DNA of 64,000 nucleotides from Hydrolagus colliei (GCA_035084275.1 CM068775.1:1488001-1552000); one strand, 5' to 3'. Shown: positions 1 to 11,989, counted from the first letter of the stretch. Notes: a model not told the origin generated them from the sequence alone. Translations and numbers: made by a program.

Positions 1-114
1 ACTCGGTTACAGAAAGGGGATAACCAGGGCTATGAATCTGAATGTACAACTTGATCTGAGACCTGGTGCAGACTCAAAGAGCAAATAGATCTCTGTTCTC
101 TTGGAAATATATGG

Positions 115-1790
115 GACAAAATTATATTTATAGAGCGCCTTTCACATTGGGAGGATGTCCCAAGGTGCCGAACAGTCAGGTCGGGAACAAGTAAGGGAGT
201 GGGGCAGGGTACGGGGTTGGGCTTTAGAGAGTTAGGAGGGGAGTGAGGGAGTTGGGATGGCAGCAGATGGCATGTTAGAAGAGGACCAACCCTGAATACC
301 GGCATTGAAGGAAGCAAGGTAGATGCAGATGCAGGGAAAGTTGGATGGACTTCCAGAGTGTGGGGGCAGAGATATTGAAAGCCCATGCACCGTTTGTAGG
401 GCGGGTCGGGTAGGGGACATGGAGCAGACCGGAGCCCACTGAATAGGGTGGTCTGGTAGTTTAATAAGCGGACAGAATGTCGAAGAGATAGAAGGGGGCA
501 AGGCCATGAATGGCCTTGGAAGTGAGGAGGAGAATCTTGAATTTTATCCTGTGGGGATGTTGAGGCAATGGAGCCGGGCAAGGGTGGGAGTGATGTGGTC
601 ACAGAACTTTGTGCTGGAGAGGACATGAGCTGCAAATTCTGGATGTTCCGCAGATTGTGAAAGAAAGAGCCAGAACCAACAGTGAGGAGGGAGTTTCCAT
701 AGTCGTGCCTTAATGTGTGGTATATGTGGACAATGGGTTTGGTAACCTGACGGTTGAGGCAGTGCTGCCATCTGGCAATATTGCAGTGGTGTTGATATGG
801 GGGAGGCAGGACAATTAAGGGTAGAACAAGACACCCAGGCTTGGGTGACTTCAAGAGATGGAGAGTGTAGCATTGGAAGCCGATGCTGCCAGTGCCTGAG
901 TTGTGAGTTGCTGACATGATCCAATCAGGAGGAGAAAGGTACATTACATCATGGGAAGATTTCTTGATGTGATAGTGGCTGTTATGAAGAGGATGGGAAC
1001 AATTTGGATGAAAGGGACAGGTTGACTGTGTCGGCAAGTGGTAGGGTAAGGAGGCGGAGCTGGGTGGTAAGGAGTCGAGTCGGGATGGGATTCAGGGAGC
1101 AGCTGGTGGACTTCGTGGAAGATATGTTTGTGATGACAGAGGATGGGGAGACATGTTCTCCTCATCGTCATCTATTCTGAATATGTTGAATTAGGGTCAA
1201 TGAATAAACGAATCAATGAATGAATCAATCAAAACTTACATTTATATCACGCCTTTCATGTCAAGAGGACGGCCCAAGGCACTGTACAGTTTGAAAGGGG
1301 CAAGAGCATGGGGGGAGGGATCGGGGCAAGATGAACATGAGTAGGAAAATTAACTGTATATTTGTGGGCAAAACACAGAAGGCAAATTGCACAGAGCAGG
1401 GATAGGTAGATGTTGGGGTGTGGGAGGGTGGAGCGTGGGGTCAGAAGTTGGAAGTGTGATGGCAGCTAAGTGGATTCGCTTGATTTTGTACTCAAGGTCA
1501 TCCAGCATCTCCTCACAGTGGGAGTTGGAGGAGAGAATCTGAGAGGTGGACGGGGAAGGGCGGAGGAGCTGATTTGTTGTGGAGAATAGGAATTTGTGTT
1601 TGTCCTGGATTATCCTGGAGTAGAAGTACAATTTGCTAGAGACCAGCGTAGGGAGGTAGTTTTTGGTGTGCCAGATATGCCAGTGGACCATTAGACCAGA
1701 TTTGAGACGGGTACGTTCAGTGCCCGACAACTGATCTTTGAGCAAGTGGAGGTAGCTGGTGAACTTGGGTGAGGTTCAAGAGTAACACTT
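115..1790 (-). mobile_element. Two decayed L2-clade LINE fragments in GPCR A intron 1
   Basis: Frameshifted RT/C-terminal motifs ([21 protein letters not shown]) and two L2 3' tails. Homologous blocks at 28225-30720, 43190-44945 and 54370-56030. Confidence 0.85.
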
Positions 1791-2024
1791 TGGAAAGTAT
1801 CTGGAGAAATAATTTTGCTGATTTTTTAATGCAGGCTACCTTACAACAAGGCCACAATTTGAACCTGTATGAAAGGTTTGCTAAAGGTTTGAGATATGGA
1901 CAATGTTCTCAAGGAATTGAATCAACTCAAAGGATAAGCAACCAAAAATGAAACACCACTAAGCTCCTCATCTCACACCTGTATTCACGTGAATAATTTG
2001 TCCTATTTTCTTACTTTCACGCAG

Positions 2025-2956
2025 TTAATTTGCTGGCGATTGTGATCCTGTCAAGAGGAAACTGTGGGCTCTCAAAATGCATCACTTGCTATCTGGTGGC
2101 CATGGCAGCCACGGATCTCCTGGTTGTATTCGTGGATGTGTTGTTGAACAAAATTAACAATCTGTATTTCCCATTAAGTTTCTTATTTTACACTCCAGTG
2201 TGTAGTGTTAAACTTGTGTTGCTGGTTGCAGCATTTTTCATGTCTTTGTGGTTCACTGCTGCTTTCACTTTTGACCGATTTGTCGCCATTTGCTGCCAAA
2301 AGCTGAAACCAACATATTGCACGGAGAGAACGGCCACAGTGGTTATTGTAACTCTGTCTGTTATTTGCTGCTCAGTCAGCATTCCCTGTTACTTTTCATT
2401 TGTTCCTCAGTTGATAATTAACAATACCCCATGGTACTGTGTCTTCAAACCAAACTTTTATACTTTGCTCACCTGGAAATTATACGAAAGGTTTATCCGT
2501 GTTTTTAATCCACTGTTTGTGTTTGCTTTGATTTGCCTGTTCAACATTATGATTATCAGACACATTCTGATGGCCAGTAAAGTCCGCAGGAGGCTTCGTG
2601 CTCAGAGAAATGCTGAGAAAACAATTGATCCCGAGTTGGAAAACCGAAGAAAATCGATAATTTTACTGTTCGCCATATCAGGCTGTTTTATCGTTTTGTG
2701 GACAACTTATGTTGTACATTCCGTCATATGGCAACTTTCCAATTATGATTATAGCGAAACATTGGTCAATAGGACCCCATATATTGTCCAAGATACCAGA
2801 ATAATGCTGCAAATGTTGAATTGCTGTGCAAACACCTGTATATATGCTTTAACTCAGAGTAAGTTCAGAGAGGAGTTTAAGAAAGGGTTCATTTATCCCT
2901 TTTATATCATTGCGAAATTAATGATAAAACAGCAGGAAAAAACGGTAGGAAAGTAA
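2025..2956 (+). CDS. GPR139-like class A GPCR, paralogue A, exon 2 (exon 1 upstream of window)
   Basis: Acceptor tttcacgcag|TT AAT TTG (phase 1). Open frame VNLLAIVILS...YLVAMAATDLLV...FDRFVAIC...CANTCIY to TAA, with 7TM hydrophobic spacing resembling GPR139 (YLLALAAADILV, TIDRYIAVC). Confidence 0.93.
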
Positions 2957-3051
2957 TTGGCGACAAACGCGGTTCAACTTCACGTACATTGGTGACTATC
3001 TTCACAAACAGGGAAACTTTCCAACAATACTGTAAGCTCTGTAGTTAATGT

Positions 3052-3057
3052 AATAAA
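3052..3057 (+). terminator. Poly(A) signal of GPCR A
   Basis: AATAAA about 95 nt after the stop. Same position in D (57305-57310); ATTAAA in C (46228-46233). Confidence 0.6.
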
Positions 3058-3434
3058 TTAATGTATCAATTACATTAACAATAGATATTTGAGATATGTG
3101 ATTGGTCGTTCGCTTCTGTTGGCAGCTGGTACAAGTGTAGTTTTGTTGTTGTTGTTGTGACCGGCTTCACAATGATGGGAGCTGGTTGTGACCGGCTTTG
3201 CAGAAGAGACAACAAACTGGTTAAAGTTGACAAACCGTTTCCCAGGCCTTATCTGTGTGTTTCCCATGGAGAGGTGGTCTGCAGGTGGAGAGACAGCTGA
3301 GCAACATTTAGTTTTGCAGAGGAACCCTCTTGCAGAAGAAACTGGATGAAAAGATCACCTGATGAACATAAAAGGGGGGATCGAAGAAAGGAAGATAGTG
3401 GAAAGTGGAGTCGCCATTGCAGCTTCTGAAGAAG

Positions 3435-4480
3435 GAACAGTTAAGACTAAGTCAGACCATCGATGTTGTAACAGCATGCCTGTCCGACAATGAGTCCTGG
3501 ACGAGGGACAACTTCCTCCAATTGAACGTGAGCAAGACCGAGGCCCTGCTGATTGGCTCAAGCCAGCGCATCCACACATCGGGCGCTGCCAGCCTCAACA
3601 TCCAAGGCTGTACTCTCCACCTCACAAAGCCAGTCAGGAACCTCGGCATCACATTCAACCATAAACTCTCCTTCCTCCCCCACATCCGTTCCTTGATCGG
3701 CACCACTTTTTTCCACCTGCGCAACATTTGCCAGGCTCCGCAACTACCTCACCCCCCACGCTGCCGAAACACTCGCGCCCGCGTACATGACCTCATGGCT
3801 GGACTACGGAAACTCTCTCATCATCGTCCTCCCCAGCTTCTCCATTCACAGGCTGCAGGTCATCCAAAACTCTGCAGCCCGTGTACTATCAACAACAACA
3901 ACAACAAATTACATTTATAGAGCGCCTTTCACGTCGGGAGGACGTCCCAAGGCGCTGATCTCACACCCGCCTCGGTGACCACATAACCCCCATCCTCGTC
4001 CGTCTCCACTGTGAACCCATCCCCCAGAGGATCGACTTCGAGATCCTTGTCCTCGTTTTCAAGGCCTTACACGGCCTTGCCCTGCCCATTTTATCAGATT
4101 TACTCTCCCCATATAAGCCCACCCAGACCCTCCGTTCAGCAGGACTTGGTTTGCTCCAAGCCCCCCGCCCGAACCGCCCCACCATCGGAGGCCGGGCCTT
4201 CAGTTTCTCCGCTCTCACTCCATGGAATTCCATCCACCAATCCCTCCACCTTGTTACCTCCATTTCCTCTTTCAAGGCCGATTTGAAGACTTTCCTTTTC
4301 GACCATGCCTCAGTTCCCCCTAATTATTCGACCTCCCCCATGTTTTCCACTGCCTCCCGAACACTCCCCTCCCCTCCCAGCTCGGGTCACACATCTCCTG
4401 TGCAGCGCCTTGGGACGTCCTCCTGACGTGAAAGGCATTCTATAAGTCTAATTTGTTGTTGTTGTTGTTGTTGTTGTTAA
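3435..4480 (+). mobile_element. 5'-truncated L2 LINE ending in (TTG)n
   Basis: [16 protein letters not shown] and IGGRAFS motifs; tail gggacgtcc...gtgaaaggc...(ttg)n. Paralogous copies at 34930-36375, 46635-47600 and 57700-58725. Confidence 0.85.
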
Positions 4481-5657
4481 GCCTTAGAAAACTGTCAACA
4501 CGTTTACTGATGCTCCCAAACTATGTAACAGTGCTGCTGTACTGGGATATTGTTTTGCTGATTGAAAGGGCTGCTGTGCCTGAATACCTTTTGGTGGACA
4601 TTAAATTAAACATAAATTGCACATTATTCCTCCATCTCTTTGGCAACATTGGTTTGTTCAACTTAAATCATTGTGAGCTGTGGGTCATTATGGAAGCATT
4701 GTTGTGATGTATACTTTTAATTAGTTATAAATATTACTAATCTGAATTCACATTCATGTTTTTTCTGTACAACACTTGTGTCATTCTGTATTTCACCAGG
4801 ACATCACAGGACTAACTAACCCTTACATTATCAGGAGATGATGTACTGTTTCCTTCCAAATGTAGTAACAGTGACAACAATATTAAATTGATAAAGAGCC
4901 TTTCATGTCGCAAGGACGACCCAAGGCACTGAACAGTCAGCATTCGGGAAACAAGCACAAGGGAGGGGTGGGATAGAGGCAAGAGGAGGCAGAGAATTGG
5001 GAGCATGGCTGGAGTTACAGAGTGTGGGATGGGTGAGACAGGGTGGCTGCAGTCGGACAGCCGGTGGCATCTGCCATGGTGAGCGCAATGGAGAATTTGA
5101 AGAGTGGGTCAGAGGAAGGCTGTGGAAAGGTCAAGCAATAATAGGAATCAGAGCTGTTGGAGGGAGGGGAGGTTTGATTGGGAATAGTGGAGTGTGGGGG
5201 ACAGGGACAAGAGCATTTTGGGGAAGCAGTGCTATGACTAGGATTAGACAGTGTTGGAGGGTGGGGGAGCGGTGGGCGGTGGTTGTCAGTGAGGCAGGGT
5301 TTGCCCTCTGGGCTGGTGTGGATCATAACGGCTGTTTTCTCAGTGAGTCCAGGGCTGGGAAATTCTAATGACGTGTGCGGCATGACATCACATGGCTGCT
5401 GGTTTCCGGTTGGTTGAGGCCTCAGTGAGTCAGTGATTGTGGTGATGGTGCTTCAGACCAGCTGAGGGTGAGTCCCTGGTCATCTTTGTGGCCTCAGTCC
5501 TCACGTTGGTTCTTGTGGCAATTGAGGTTGAAATCCACATTGATAAAGTGGCCAAAGCCTCGGGTCAGCCTTTCCACAGGTCCTCCTTGCCTGTGAGAAA
5601 CTCCAGGAGCTGGTTCTGATCATGATTCAGGTCCTGCTCGAATGTGACCATGGTATC

Positions 5658-5862
5658 TCTACCACAGGAGGCTGTGGATGCTCAATCCTTGAATATATTG
5701 AAGATTGAGATTGATAGATTTGTAAAGGAAAGAGGGATTTAGGGATATCAGGATAGGAATGGTAAAGGGAATTGGGTTAGTAGATCAGCCATGATCTTAT
5801 TATGTAGTAAAACAGGCTTGAGTGGCTGAGTAGCCTACACCTGGCCTTATTTCTTATGTTAT
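5658..5862 (+). mobile_element. CR1 LINE 3' end fragment
   Basis: gaggctgtggatgc...gagattgatagattt...agatcagccatgatctt is a CR1 3' terminus. Copy at about 59900-60112. Confidence 0.7.
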
Positions 5863-5899
5863 TATTTTCATGTTTGGTGTTTTTTACTGAAGTTACACC

Positions 5900-6410
5900 C
5901 GCACCAAGATCCACGACCACATCACCTCACCCGGGTCCATTGGCTCCCCATCCCCCAGAGGATCTAGTTCAAGTTCCTCAGCCTCACTTTCAAGGCCATT
6001 CATGGACTTTCCCCTCCTATCTTTGTGACATACTATGAATCTGCCCTCCCCTACTTTCAGCGGGCTCCAGCCTGCTCCATATCCCTCACCTGTCATGCTC
6101 TACCATAGGTGGTTGCCCTTAAAGCCTCTCTCCCACTCACTCTGGAACCCATTCCCAGAGTCCCTTCAACTCGCTCCCTCGCACACCTCCTTCAAGGCCG
6201 ATCTCAAGCCTCTCCACTGAATGTGTCTTCTGCTGCTCGCCCAACTCTCTCCCACCCCTCCTAACTCTCTCCCTCCTGTCTTAACTCTCTCCTGTCCCTT
6301 TGAACTCAGTACAGCCCCTTCCCACTACATTGGCTCAGGTCCTGACCTGACTGTTCAGCCCCTTGGGACGTCCTCCCGATATGAAATGTTCTCTATAATG
6401 TCACTTTGTT
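5900..6410 (+). mobile_element. Decayed L2 3' fragment
   Basis: L2 C-terminal similarity and tail cttgggacgtcctcccg...ttgttgttg. Copy at about 60140-60665. Confidence 0.7.
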
Positions 6411-7101
6411 GTTGTGGTGGCCGCCCAGTAAAAGTGTGTCTGTGACACCGGGCATCACAGAGCACATACTGTGGGCACACACTGCAGTTACACCTGGTGG
6501 CCACACCCGCTGACTGTGGCGCTGTGGCGTCCTGCACAGACAAATCTCAACAGTGACAACAACAACAAAATGACATCTTTAAAGCACAGAGTCCTCCCAC
6601 AGGAGCCCTCCCAATGGTCATTGTGTATATGGTGAAGACTGAGATTGATAGATTTGTAAAGGAGAGAGGCATTCAGACACAATGGGCTGAATGGCCTCCT
6701 CCAGTGCTGTATAATTCTATGATTGAACACATTTTATCTATTAATATTACTTTTTATTCTACCATTACTGATTTACCAATCACAGCCACTTGAGATGACC
6801 TGACTGTTGTTGTTGTTGCTGTTGGAGTGAAGGGCAATAATGTATGAAAGGTCAGGCTGTGGGCTCTGTGGTGTGAGGGCAGGAAGCTGATCACTGATTG
6901 ACTGCAGACAATCACAGCTGCTTCCTGACAATTGTGCTTTGAGTTTCTGCCCCACCTGAAGGCAGCTTGACTCATCCTGTGTCTTTCCAGCAAGAAGTCT
7001 TTAGATACAAACAGCAGCATCTTGTGTCGGGTTTTGCAAATGAGCTGATCTGCAACTTAAACATCTGTTCTATAACATCTGCAAGTTATCATTTCCTTTA
7101 A

Positions 7102-8129
7102 GAACATAATAATTAGAAGCAGGAGTAGGCCATTCGGCCCTTCGAGCCTTTTCTGCCATTCAATAAGATCATGGCTGATCTTCTCACCTAACTCTGATTA
7201 CCTGCCCTATTCCCATATCCCCTAATCTCTCTGAAAATTTTCAAGGACTGAGCATCTACAGCCTTCTGGAGTAGTGAATTCCATAAATTCACTACCCTCT
7301 GAGTGAAGAAATGTTTCCTCAACTCTGTTCTAAACGGCTGACCCTTAATTTTAAGACTGTGACCCTTGGTTAGAGATTCTCCTACCAGGGGAAACAGTCC
7401 CTCAGTGCCTACTTTATCTAGCCCTTTAAGAATCTTATATGTTTCAATAAGATCCCCTCTAATTTTTCTGTACTCCAGAGAATACAGCCCTAGTTTATTC
7501 AACCTATCCTCATAGGTCAGTCTTAACATCCCCGGAACTAACCTAATGAATCTACGCTGCACTAACCTAGTGAATCTAAGGCAAGTATGTCATTTTTTAA
7601 ATGAGAACAAAACTGCACACAATACTCTAGGTGCGGCCTCACCAGAGCCCTATACAGTTGCAGCAAGTCTTCCCTACTCTTATAATCTAAACCTTTTGAA
7701 ATGAAAGCTAGCATGCCATTTGCCTTCTTAGTTGCTTACAGCACCTGCAAACTAACTTTTGGGGACTGGTGTACAAGGACACCCAAATCCCTTTGAATAC
7801 TAACACTATCTAACTTCTAATTTTCTAATAGAAAATTATCTATTCTTTTATTCTTGCTACCTAGGTGAATAATTTCACACTTGCTAACATTGAATTCCAT
7901 TTGCCAACTACTTGCCCACTCCCCTAGCCTATCTATATCTTGTTGCAATCTTTTTGCGTCATCGTCAGAGCTCACGCTGCTACCTAATTTGGTATCATTT
8001 GTGAATTTAGACACGTTACATTCAATGTTCTCATCTAGATCATTGATGTAAATAGTAAATAGTTGAGGCCCAAGCACTGATCCTTGTGGCACTCCACTAG
8101 TTACATGCTGCCAATTCAAGAATGATCCG
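7102..8129 (-). mobile_element. 5'-truncated CR1 LINE (RT and C-terminus), unit A only
   Basis: [21 protein letters not shown]...SKFTNDTKLG and RGDLIETYKILKG...FFTQRVVNLWNSL. TTTAA flanks both ends (7097-7101, 8130-8134). Absent at the homologous sites near 37075, 48935 and 61350. Confidence 0.92.
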
Positions 8130-8639
8130 TTTAAATTCAAAGTCTTGAATTGTAAGTCAGAAAATATACAATATAGAAATATAAAATATACAAATATAAA
8201 GTGACACAGAATTTTCTATATTTCTGTTGGTTGATAAGGAAAGCCAGTATGTATTTTTTTTTCATGAGAATACTGTAGATGAAGCAGAAAATGTGTTGAC
8301 AAATCAAGCAGGCAATTAAAAGCTTATCATGTGCTAAGAATGTCAGGCACTTCATATTATTTTTTGTGTAGTTAGTCTGTACATCTGTGCAAGTTGGGCA
8401 AGTTTTATTGCTGCACATGCCTAATAATAAACCCTAAAAAAAGAAATTGGTCATTTCAATCCACGACTGTTGGTGAGACGCTGCTGTGCACAATTAGTTG
8501 CTGTGATTCGCCCACAAGTATCCAGTCAATTCCCCATACAGTATATTGTGTGAAGTGCTGTGAGATAACTTGAAGATGCAAAAATTGCTATATCAAATGC
8601 AAGGATTATTATCATTATTTCAAAGCACTTCATAAAATA

Positions 8640-8880
8640 CACTGTAAAGTGGAATTACTGTATATTTTGTTAGTAAAACCTGGCAGCCGGTTGCACACAG
8701 CAGTGTCCAACAAACAGTCGTGGATTGAAATGAACAATTTATTGATTATTTTGTTTGTCTTGAGGGATTATTATCAATTGTGTGGAGCATGTAATGTTCT
8801 CCAAGGTTTTGCCCTCAACGGAATCGAACCAAGGTCTCATATTTGTAAGGTGTGTGCTCCAAAACCTGAGCTGCAGCACA
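8640..8880 (-). mobile_element. tRNA-derived SINE (local family)
   Basis: Reverse complement shows an A-box-like gctcagg and B box ggttcgattcc, followed by the family body and tail. Confidence 0.7.
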
Positions 8881-9054
8881 CTAATATACTCTCAATACAC
8901 CCAAAATAAACCGATGGAGAAAAATATTTTATGACAGATACCGTAAATACCTGCGTATAAGGCGCACTCACGTATAAGGCGCACACCCCACTTTTGACCT
9001 TTTCTTGGGGAAAAAAAATGGAAGCATTTTCGATGATATTGCCGGCAGAAGGGA

Positions 9055-9290
9055 GGGAGGCAGGAGAGACAGGAAGGTAGGGAGAGAGGGAGGCAGGCAG
9101 GCAGGGAGAGAGGGAGGCAGGGAGGGAGAGAGGGAGGGAGAGAGGCAGGCAGACGGGGAGGGAGGGAGAGTCGGAGGCAGGCAGGCAGGGAGAGGGAGAG
9201 AGAGAGAGAGGCAGGCAGGGAGAGAGAGAGAGAGAGGGGCAGGCAGACAGGGAGAGAGAGAGAGAGAGAGAGACAGGCAGGGAGAGAGAG
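9055..9290. repeat. Compound (GA)n/(GGCA)n/(GGGA)n microsatellite
   Basis: Seen directly; it runs into an assembly gap. Confidence 0.95.
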
Positions 9291-9744
9291 NNNNNNNNNN
9301 NNNNNNNNNNNNNNNNNNNNNNNNNNNNNNNNNNNNNNNNNNNNNNNNNNNNNNNNNNNNNNNNNNNNNNNNNNNNNNNNNNNNNNNNNNNNNNNNNNNN
9401 NNNNNNNNNNNNNNNNNNNNNNNNNNNNNNNNNNNNNNNNNNNNNNNNNNNNNNNNNNNNNNNNNNNNNNNNNNNNNNNNNNNNNNNNNNNNNNNNNNNN
9501 NNNNNNNNNNNNNNNNNNNNNNNNNNNNNNNNNNNNNNNNNNNNNNNNNNNNNNNNNNNNNNNNNNNNNNNNNNNNNNNNNNNNNNNNNNNNNNNNNNNN
9601 NNNNNNNNNNNNNNNNNNNNNNNNNNNNNNNNNNNNNNNNNNNNNNNNNNNNNNNNNNNNNNNNNNNNNNNNNNNNNNNNNNNNNNNNNNNNNNNNNNNN
9701 NNNNNNNNNNNNNNNNNNNNNNNNNNNNNNNNNNNNNNNNNNNN
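9291..9744. other. Assembly gap
   Basis: Run of N. Confidence 1.
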
Positions 9745-10453
9745 GGTTAGGCTGAAGGCACAGCACTGAAGTTCGCTGCTGTTGCCGCTGCCCGGGCGGC
9801 CGAGGCCGAAGCCCCGTCACCCGCTCCCCCCCAACCCCCGCCAGACACTGACCAAACCCCGGCTGCCATCGCCGGCCGCCCCTCCTGTTTACTGTATTTC
9901 CGAGGCTCAAAATGTCTTGTTCCTGCGTATAGGGCGCACCCCCAACTGTCGAGATCTTACGACCTGAAAACAAGTGCACCTTATACGCGGGTATTTACGG
10001 TAATTACATGAAGTTTTTCAAATGTACTGAACACTGTTATCACTTTCAAATCAATACTTATTTGTGCATTTCCAAAATATGTCAAAGGTGTTGCTTCTTC
10101 CCCAACACATCACTGAGTGACTGATCACCAGGAGTGTCCTCACGTTCAGTAAATAAATACCTTGTTCATGTCACAAAAAACTGCCTGGATTGGCAATCAT
10201 TAATATAATCAATCATAAAAATAATTTAAATGATGTTTTGCTTCACAGTCCATCAAAGTCGCACATGGAGCTGTTCTGTCTCCTGTTGTTTATTAGCAAT
10301 TATAATGATGACTTTCCTGCCGTGTGAGATTGATGTTGTGCTCTGACAGGTTTGCTGTAAGATAGGAGGCCTTGTAGATCGTGTACAGATTCCAGATCCA
10401 GTGTCCAAAGGAGAACTCAGGAATCAGCGGTGGATCCTCATGTCTCACTGAAG

Positions 10454-10590
10454 TGTCCTGTAGCTCAGGGGTTAGAGCACTGGCCTCACAAGCCAGAGAC
10501 CAGGGCTTAACTCCTGGCAGGTCACAGCCGTGGGCAAGTTTCCTTTCTCTATTCGCCTGATCATAATTCATCAAATTAATAATAATAATA
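10454..10590 (+). mobile_element. tRNA-like SINE head (tRNA-Thr-like D arm)
   Basis: TAGCTCAGGGGTTAGAGCACTGG, degenerate B box, then the SINE body gggcaagtttcctt. Copies at about 38185, 49605 and 62235. Confidence 0.75.
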
Positions 10591-11655
10591 AATGACTGAA
10601 ACCACTTCTGATACAAGCCTCATGTTATCTCTTCCAAGTTTCCTTCTCCCCCTTGTCCTGAAGGAGTGTGGCTGGTCTGACATTACACTGGGCTCCCACT
10701 GCACCAGCAGCCCTCCCCACCTGGCTTCTCACCCCAAGAGAACATTTCATGTCTGGCTTGAAATCATGAGCCGCCACATCAAACCGTTCACCACCATTGC
10801 ACTATTTCATAACCAATCAAGCTGTGATTACAGTAAACGCAGGGACTGAGAACAGAGAGGATTATTATTATAAGTGGACTGAAGGCTGCATTCATTCCCA
10901 TTATCTTCCAATCCAGAGATAATTATTGTGGCCACGTTTGACACCGACACAAACACTAAAATAGACTTCCTCAAATGTAAGAGAACAGAGAGGAAAGTAG
11001 GAGTAAGGACACATCAACAAGTGATAAAATAGAAAAAAAGAGATTAAAATTGCCAGGAACATAATTATTTTTCATTATAAATATATCCACATCAAAATAC
11101 CAGTTGAGGTAACAAGAGGATTCATGCCTTCATTCCCATATATGATGTGAAATCAGAATTGGAAGAGCAGTAAACAGGGAATTATCATCTGCAGGTGATC
11201 AGAACATCACTCTACCATAGGAAATAATAAATATATTAATTAAGCCAGGATATTAATTATTGCTCATAAAATACACAGTCACTACACTTTACAATGCATT
11301 CTGTGCTGTTCCTTCAGACAATTCATCGACATAATGAGGTGTTGTGTCAAATGCACAAAGTTTATGATAATAACATTTATTATTATATGAGCATAAGAAA
11401 ATAAGAATTGCGGCAGGACAAAATAACAAGGTCCATCTGGATTGGCTCCCAGCATCCTGTCCTAAACAATATATTGTATCACACAATAGTATTTCAGACA
11501 GTCACCTATCTCATTTATTTTTAAGATGAATCGACACTTTCTGCTTCCAACGTCCCCTAACTTTAACCATTGCTCACTGAATCAGTGTTCGCTAGTTGTG
11601 TTGAACATAACCTAATCCACACACACACACAAACACATTCAAGGAAACAATTCAT

Positions 11656-11943
11656 GAGGCTTCAGGGTCAGTGCTGGGGCTAATACTATTGACACTTATA
11701 TTAATATGAAGTTGCTGTCAATGCAGAATGTAAAGGGTACAATTATTGATCTGTGCAGGTCAGAGGGAATGTGAGGCGTGACTCCCCTCAGTCCTGTAGC
11801 TGTTGGTCCATTCTCCAAACACCTGGCCCCACTGCCCCTTGTTAAATAGCGGTCACTGGGGACTGAGGCCATCTGTCCATCCGGCAGATCTTTGTCCCTC
11901 GGTTATTGGGCTCAAGGGTCAGTTCTGACAATTGCCCAGAAAC
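11656..11943 (+). promoter_or_regulatory. IgH VH promoter/5' UTR of V1
   Basis: Directly upstream of the leader ATG. TATA-like TTAAATA at 11842, E-box CACCTG at 11820, no perfect octamer. Near-identical at 39398-39685, 50810-51097 and 63540-63841. Confidence 0.7.
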
Positions 11944-11989
11944 ATGAGGTCCCTGATATCTCTCAGTCTGTTGCTGGCTCTCTTCTCCC
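11944..11989 (+). CDS. IGHV: IgH V1 leader exon (MRSLISLSLLLALFS)
   Basis: 46-nt signal-peptide exon with a phase-1 donor C|GTGAGT; typical shark IgM VH leader. Confidence 0.93.

Larger units (their letters stand above)
8941..10000. mobile_element. Non-autonomous Tc1/mariner-superfamily (Tc2/pogo-like) MITE
   Basis: About 28-bp TIRs CCGTAAATACC(T/C)GCGTATAAGG(C/T)GCACT, TA duplicated at 8939-40 and 10001-02. Empty site with a single TA at 37400-01. Confidence 0.88.

Noticed and set aside
30-1037. 335-aa and overlapping minus-strand ORFs (also 54715-55290)
   Set aside because: Out-of-frame read-through of decayed L2 sequence inside the GPCR intron.
2188-2382. 64-aa antisense ORF repeated in all four GPCRs
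   Set aside because: Shadow of the conserved sense CDS; no independent evidence.
2025-2956. Olfactory, TAAR or chemokine receptor identity
   Set aside because: OR motifs (MAYDRY, PMLNP) and the DRYLAIV motif are absent; the TM1-TM3 pattern fits GPR139/142-like receptors.
4880-5650. 122/123-aa ORF pair at 4997-5383 (also 59244-59630)
   Set aside because: Low-complexity G/C strand-skewed sequence next to an L2 tail; no recognisable domain.
8837-9979. 380-aa and 254-aa ORFs
   Set aside because: Artefacts of a purine microsatellite plus an N gap.
11788-11801. AGTCCTGTAGCT in the VH promoter matching the SINE 5' end
   Set aside because: Only about 12 nt with no further similarity; chance.
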